From positions 2,582 through 13,533 of the forward strand of contig JBEQAF010000058.1 of NCBI GenBank assembly GCA_041640455.1: a stretch of 10,952 nucleotides of DNA, given 5' to 3'. The stretch's first letter is position 1. Each line of letters opens with the position of its first letter. Under the pieces are notes generated by a model. That model did no database searches. It worked only from the letters and a program-made list of their open reading frames with translations, and was not told where the DNA came from. Origin of the DNA: a bacterium. Its GTDB lineage: Bacteria; CALINM01. This document shows positions 7,175 through 10,952 of this stretch, piece by piece. Made by a program: the position numbers and the translations under genes.

Positions 7175-9334
7175 ATGAAATGGATTCGGATTCTTGCGAT
7201 TCTTTGTTTAGTCGGCTTTTTTCTAAGTTTAAATAAGCCTGAAGCAAAGGATATTAGTAATAATAACGGTAGCTACAAAGATGGTGAGCTTCTGGTTAGG
7301 TTTAAAAAAGGAACAATGGGGATTACAAAGTCTGCCACTCACAGACTCTATAAGGCAAAGGTAAAAAAAAGGTATGGTTTCGTTAATATTGAGCATATAG
7401 AGCTGGAAGAGGGGATGACTGTTGAAAAGGCTTTAGCTCTGTATAAAAACGACCCAGATGTGGAGTATGCAGAGCCAAACTACATAGTAAAAAAGGCTGT
7501 AACCCCTATTATCCCCAACGATTCTAATTATAGTCAGCAGTGGCATCATAGAAATATTGAATCAGAAAAGGCATGGGGCTTATCTACAGGAAGTAGCTCT
7601 GTGATTGTTGCCGTAATAGATACGGGGGTAGACTATAATCACCCAGACCTTAAAGACAATATCTGGATAAACTCAGGTGAGACATGTGATGATAAAAGTG
7701 ATAATGATAACAACGGCTATATAGACGACTGTTTCGGCTGGAATTTTTTTAGTAATAATGCCGATCCAATGGATGATGATATCTCTGGAGCTGGTTCTCA
7801 TGGAACTCATGTGGCAGGTATTATAGGAGCTATAGGGAATAACAGCTTTGGCGTTGCGGGCATTAGCTGGCAGGTAAAGATTATGCCATTAAAGGTGCTT
7901 GCTAGTAATGGTGAAGGCGACGTTGGTGACGTAATAGAAGCTATTAATTATGCAAAAAATAAAGGCGCTCATATAATCAATCTTAGTCTTGAGACAAATA
8001 AATATTCTCAATCACTAAGAGATGCTATTGAGGGAGCAGCTGATAGATTATTTGTAGTAGCAGCAGGGAATGGGGGGGTGAATCTAAACTCAGCTAATGT
8101 CTATCCTGCCTCTTTTAATCTAAGAAATATTATCGCAGTTGCTGCAACTGATAATTATGATAATAAAGCCAGTTTTTCGAACTATGGCACAAACGTGGTT
8201 CATCTTTCTGCACCAGGAGTTAATATTTATAGCACAAAAAGCAAAAAAACTATAGAGTCAAATGGAAAATTTGAAAACTATTCTTCAGCCTTTTTCCATG
8301 AAACAGGCACTTCTATGGCAGCTCCTATGGTTTCTGGCACGGCTGCGCTTATTAGTTCTTTGAACCCGAGTTATTCGAACAGTCAGGTAAGAGAGCTTAT
8401 TCTGGCTTCGGTGGATAAGAAGTTTCTATCTGTTATAACTCGTGGTAGATTAAACGTATTTAGAGCTCTCTCATCAAAAATAGATAAAATACCGCCCGCA
8501 CCGCCATCAAGGCTAAAGGTAGAGAATAGCAAAGATGGTTTTAAAATATCCTGGGTGGATGAGTCGGAGATAGAGTCTCAATACAGGATAGAAAGGAAGC
8601 TAAATAGTAGCTATGAGAGTATTGCTACTCTTTCAGCAAATTCAACTTCATATAAGGATAATTTAATATTAGAAGAGGGGACAGTTAGCTACAGGGTCTA
8701 TGCAGAAAATTTAAACGGAAGTAGCTACAACGAGTTTACATACAATGTGCCTTTAATTCCTCCTACCAATTTAAGGTTTGTAAAAAGAAGTAACGGTATT
8801 GAGCTTTTCTGGGAGGATAACTCTTCAAAAGAGGTTGGATATGAGATTGAAAGGCGAGATTCTTATAGTAGCTACTGGGCAATAGCTACAGTGGGTGAGA
8901 ATGCTACATCGTATCTCGATACCTCTGCAGATTTAAATAAGGTCTACTACTACCGAGTCAGAGCTTACAGCAACTCAAATAGCTCACCCTACTCCAATGA
9001 GGTATCCACAGAAAGCTACTCAACGAAAAAATCATATTGTTTTGTCTCCACATATCTCTTTGGAAAAGACCATACTTATACCCTAAAGCTTAAGAGCATA
9101 AGAGATAAATATCTTTTGACAAACTTTTTTGGAAGAGCCTTTGTATCAATCTATTATGAGATCTCGCCTCACTTTGTAGCATTTGCAGAAAATAAGCCAT
9201 ACATCAGGGGGATTATCAAAGTTATCCTTGTTCCCTTTGCCTACCTCATTTATTATCCATCTTTTGGGCTAATCTTTATTTTTGCTACTTTTTTATTGGT
9301 ATATGCTTTTAAGAAGGGTAAGAAGGCTAAATAA
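7175..9334 (+). CDS. S8 family serine peptidase (subtilase) with propeptide, two fibronectin type III domains and a C-terminal CFI-box-CTERM domain
   Basis: Signal peptide, propeptide ending 'VEYAEPNY', catalytic motifs VAVID149TG, H209GTHVAG, AAGN and GTS380MAAP. Acidic insert DNDNNGYIDD. Two FN3 units (PPAPPSRL..ISWVD..YRIER..YRVYA; PPTNL..LFWED..YEIER..YYYRVRA). Tail CFVST..RD..L....GRAFV..YY..SP followed by a TM segment and basic residues. Confidence 0.95.
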   Translation: MKWIRILAILCLVGFFLSLNKPEAKDISNNNGSYKDGELLVRFKKGTMGITKSATHRLYKAKVKKRYGFVNIEHIELEEGMTVEKALALYKNDPDVEYAEPNYIVKKAVTPIIPNDSNYSQQWHHRNIESEKAWGLSTGSSSVIVAVIDTGVDYNHPDLKDNIWINSGETCDDKSDNDNNGYIDDCFGWNFFSNNADPMDDDISGAGSHGTHVAGIIGAIGNNSFGVAGISWQVKIMPLKVLASNGEGDVGDVIEAINYAKNKGAHIINLSLETNKYSQSLRDAIEGAADRLFVVAAGNGGVNLNSANVYPASFNLRNIIAVAATDNYDNKASFSNYGTNVVHLSAPGVNIYSTKSKKTIESNGKFENYSSAFFHETGTSMAAPMVSGTAALISSLNPSYSNSQVRELILASVDKKFLSVITRGRLNVFRALSSKIDKIPPAPPSRLKVENSKDGFKISWVDESEIESQYRIERKLNSSYESIATLSANSTSYKDNLILEEGTVSYRVYAENLNGSSYNEFTYNVPLIPPTNLRFVKRSNGIELFWEDNSSKEVGYEIERRDSYSSYWAIATVGENATSYLDTSADLNKVYYYRVRAYSNSNSSPYSNEVSTESYSTKKSYCFVSTYLFGKDHTYTLKLKSIRDKYLLTNFFGRAFVSIYYEISPHFVAFAENKPYIRGIIKVILVPFAYLIYYPSFGLIFIFATFLLVYAFKKGKKAK

Positions 9335-10643
9335 TATCCCCTTAGAGGCTGGTAGTGTCTGCTACTGGATGAGCAGGGATCAGCGCTCAACATATAATTT
9401 TGCTCTAAAATATGCCCAAGAGTATGCCCTTGAGTTTAAAGCCCCTCTATTTGTTGTATTTAATATTGTGCCCTCTTTTTTAAATGCCTCTCTAAGACAG
9501 TATGAGTTTATGCTAAAAGGTCTTCTGATGCTAAAGAAGAGCCTGGAAAACCTAAATATTCCGCTCTTAATACTTTTTGGTGATCCAAAAGATACGATAC
9601 CAAAATTTATTGAAGATTATAAAATAAGGTTATTAATTACCGATTTTGATCCGTTAAGGATTAAAAAAAGATGGAAAAACGAGGTTTGCCATAAAATAAA
9701 AATCCCTTTTTTAGAGGTGGATACGCATAATATAGTGCCAGCCTTCTTTGTCTCTGATAAAAAGGAGTATGGTGCATACACAATCAGAAAAAAGATTATG
9801 TCCAGACTTAATGAGTTTTTGTATGAGCCAGCAAATATCGAAAGACACCCCTATAACAGCTCCATTTCAAAAGATATGGAGCGTCAGGAGCTTTTAAGCA
9901 GGCTAAGGATAGATTCAAAGCCTGCTCCAGTAGGTAAGTTTCTGCCAGGAGAGGAGGCAGCAAGAGTTGTTTTAAAGGATTTTATTGAAAATCGACTGAG
10001 GTTCTATCATGAAAAAAGATCTGATCCCAATTTTGATTGTCAGTCTAATCTATCTCCATATCTGCATTTTGGCATGATAGCCAGCCAGGAAGCGGCTATT
10101 ATGGTTGAAAAGTCAGATAATCCTCAGGAGGCAAAAAAAGCCTTTTTAGAAGAGATTATTGTAAGAAAGGAGCTTGCTGATAACTTCTGTTTTTATGAAG
10201 AGAACTATGATAATCTATCTGGTGCACCAGCATGGGCAGCAGAGAGCCTTGAAAAACATAAAAATGACAAAAGAGCCTATATCTACTCATTAGATGAGCT
10301 GGAACAGGCAAAGACCCATGACCCCCTCTGGAATGCCTCGCAGATTCAGATGGTAGAAGAGGGCAAGATGCATAACTATTTAAGAATGTACTGGGCAAAA
10401 AAGATACTGGAGTGGACAGAGAATGTGGAGACTGCCATAGAGATCGCTGTATATCTAAACGATAGATATGAGTTAGATGGTAGAGATCCAAATGGCTATA
10501 CAGGTATTATGTGGAGCATATGCGGCGTGCACGACAGACCCATGGTGGAGAGAAAAATATTTGGTAAGATAAGATACATGAGCTACAATGGATGCAAAAA
10601 GAAGTTTGATGTAGCTTCCTTTGTTAGGAGATATGTTAGATAA
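9303..10643 (+). CDS. phrB: Class II CPD DNA photolyase
   Basis: Motifs YWMSRDQR, VDTHNIVP, SNLSPYLHFG, FLEEIIVRKELADNFC, GKMHNYLRMYWAKKILEW and DGRDPNGYTGIMWSICGVHDR are typical of class II photolyases. ATG 9303 (MLLRRVRRLN) fits the usual N-terminus better than TTG 9282. Overlaps the subtilase gene by 32 nt. Confidence 0.95.
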   Translation: MLLRRVRRLNNIPLEAGSVCYWMSRDQRSTYNFALKYAQEYALEFKAPLFVVFNIVPSFLNASLRQYEFMLKGLLMLKKSLENLNIPLLILFGDPKDTIPKFIEDYKIRLLITDFDPLRIKKRWKNEVCHKIKIPFLEVDTHNIVPAFFVSDKKEYGAYTIRKKIMSRLNEFLYEPANIERHPYNSSISKDMERQELLSRLRIDSKPAPVGKFLPGEEAARVVLKDFIENRLRFYHEKRSDPNFDCQSNLSPYLHFGMIASQEAAIMVEKSDNPQEAKKAFLEEIIVRKELADNFCFYEENYDNLSGAPAWAAESLEKHKNDKRAYIYSLDELEQAKTHDPLWNASQIQMVEEGKMHNYLRMYWAKKILEWTENVETAIEIAVYLNDRYELDGRDPNGYTGIMWSICGVHDRPMVERKIFGKIRYMSYNGCKKKFDVASFVRRYVR

Positions 10644-10951
10644 TGGAGAAGATTAAGCTCGGAATAAGCTCTTGTCTTCTGGGCAACCCGGTTAGATATG
10701 ACGGCGGTCACAAGCTTGATACATTTCTAAAAGATATAGTTGGGCAGTTTGTAGAATGGGTAGCCGTCTGTCCTGAAGTGGAATGCGGGCTTTCTGTGCC
10801 GAGAGAGTCCATGCGTCTTGTGGGAGATAAAGACAATCCAAAGCTAATTACCAACAAAACTAAAATTGATTACACAGATCAGATGATCTCTTTTGCAAAA
10901 AAAAGGGTGGAAGTGCTTAAAAAGGAAGGACTATCTGGCTTTGTGTTTAAA
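10643..10951 (+). CDS. DUF523 / 2-thiouracil desulfurase (TudS) family Fe-S protein, probably the DUF523-DUF1722 fusion (RudS/YbgA type); 3'-truncated
   Basis: Not in the ORF track. TAATG overlap with the photolyase stop, AGGAG at 10626-10630. Translation MEKIKLGISSCLLGNPVRYDGGHKLDTFLKDIVGQFVEWVAVCPEVECGLSVPRESMRLVG...GLSGFVFK carries the SxCLLG, RYDG and CPE motifs and is open to the window end. Confidence 0.92.
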   Translation, partial: MEKIKLGISSCLLGNPVRYDGGHKLDTFLKDIVGQFVEWVAVCPEVECGLSVPRESMRLVGDKDNPKLITNKTKIDYTDQMISFAKKRVEVLKKEGLSGFVFK

Positions 10952-10952
10952 A

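Noticed and set aside
9282..9302. TTG start for the photolyase
   Set aside because: It adds an odd MLLFYWY extension and a longer overlap; ATG 9303 fits the family N-terminus better.
10156..10491. 111-aa ORF antisense to the photolyase
   Set aside because: Lies opposite the conserved FAD-binding domain and has no motif.

Overview
AT-rich bacterial chromosomal window. LptF/LptG and a lipobox protein point to a diderm cell; finer taxonomy cannot be established from the sequence. Left block (+): the 3' part of a large surface protein whose frame is open from base 3, so the ORF-track start at 657 is internal. It has two transthyretin/carboxypeptidase-regulatory-like domains and seven Ig/PKD-like repeats. 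Next come an uncharacterised 509-aa lipoprotein with a Cys/Tyr-rich C-terminal module, a strong intrinsic terminator, and a small exported protein with an LptC-like pattern. Middle (-): a divergent lptF-lptG pair. A 118-bp divergent promoter region holds a perfect 14-bp palindrome and sigma70-like promoters that would give leaderless or near-leaderless mRNAs. Right block (+): three overlapping genes encoding an S8 subtilase with two FN3 domains and a CFI-box-CTERM tail, a class II CPD photolyase, and a truncated DUF523 (TudS/RudS/YbgA-type) gene missing from the ORF track. The best candidate for an undescribed system is the Ig-repeat protein plus lipoprotein surface module, possibly linked to the neighbouring atypical LptC/F/G set and membrane-anchored protease; that link is inference only. 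No RNA genes, CRISPR arrays or mobile elements were seen.
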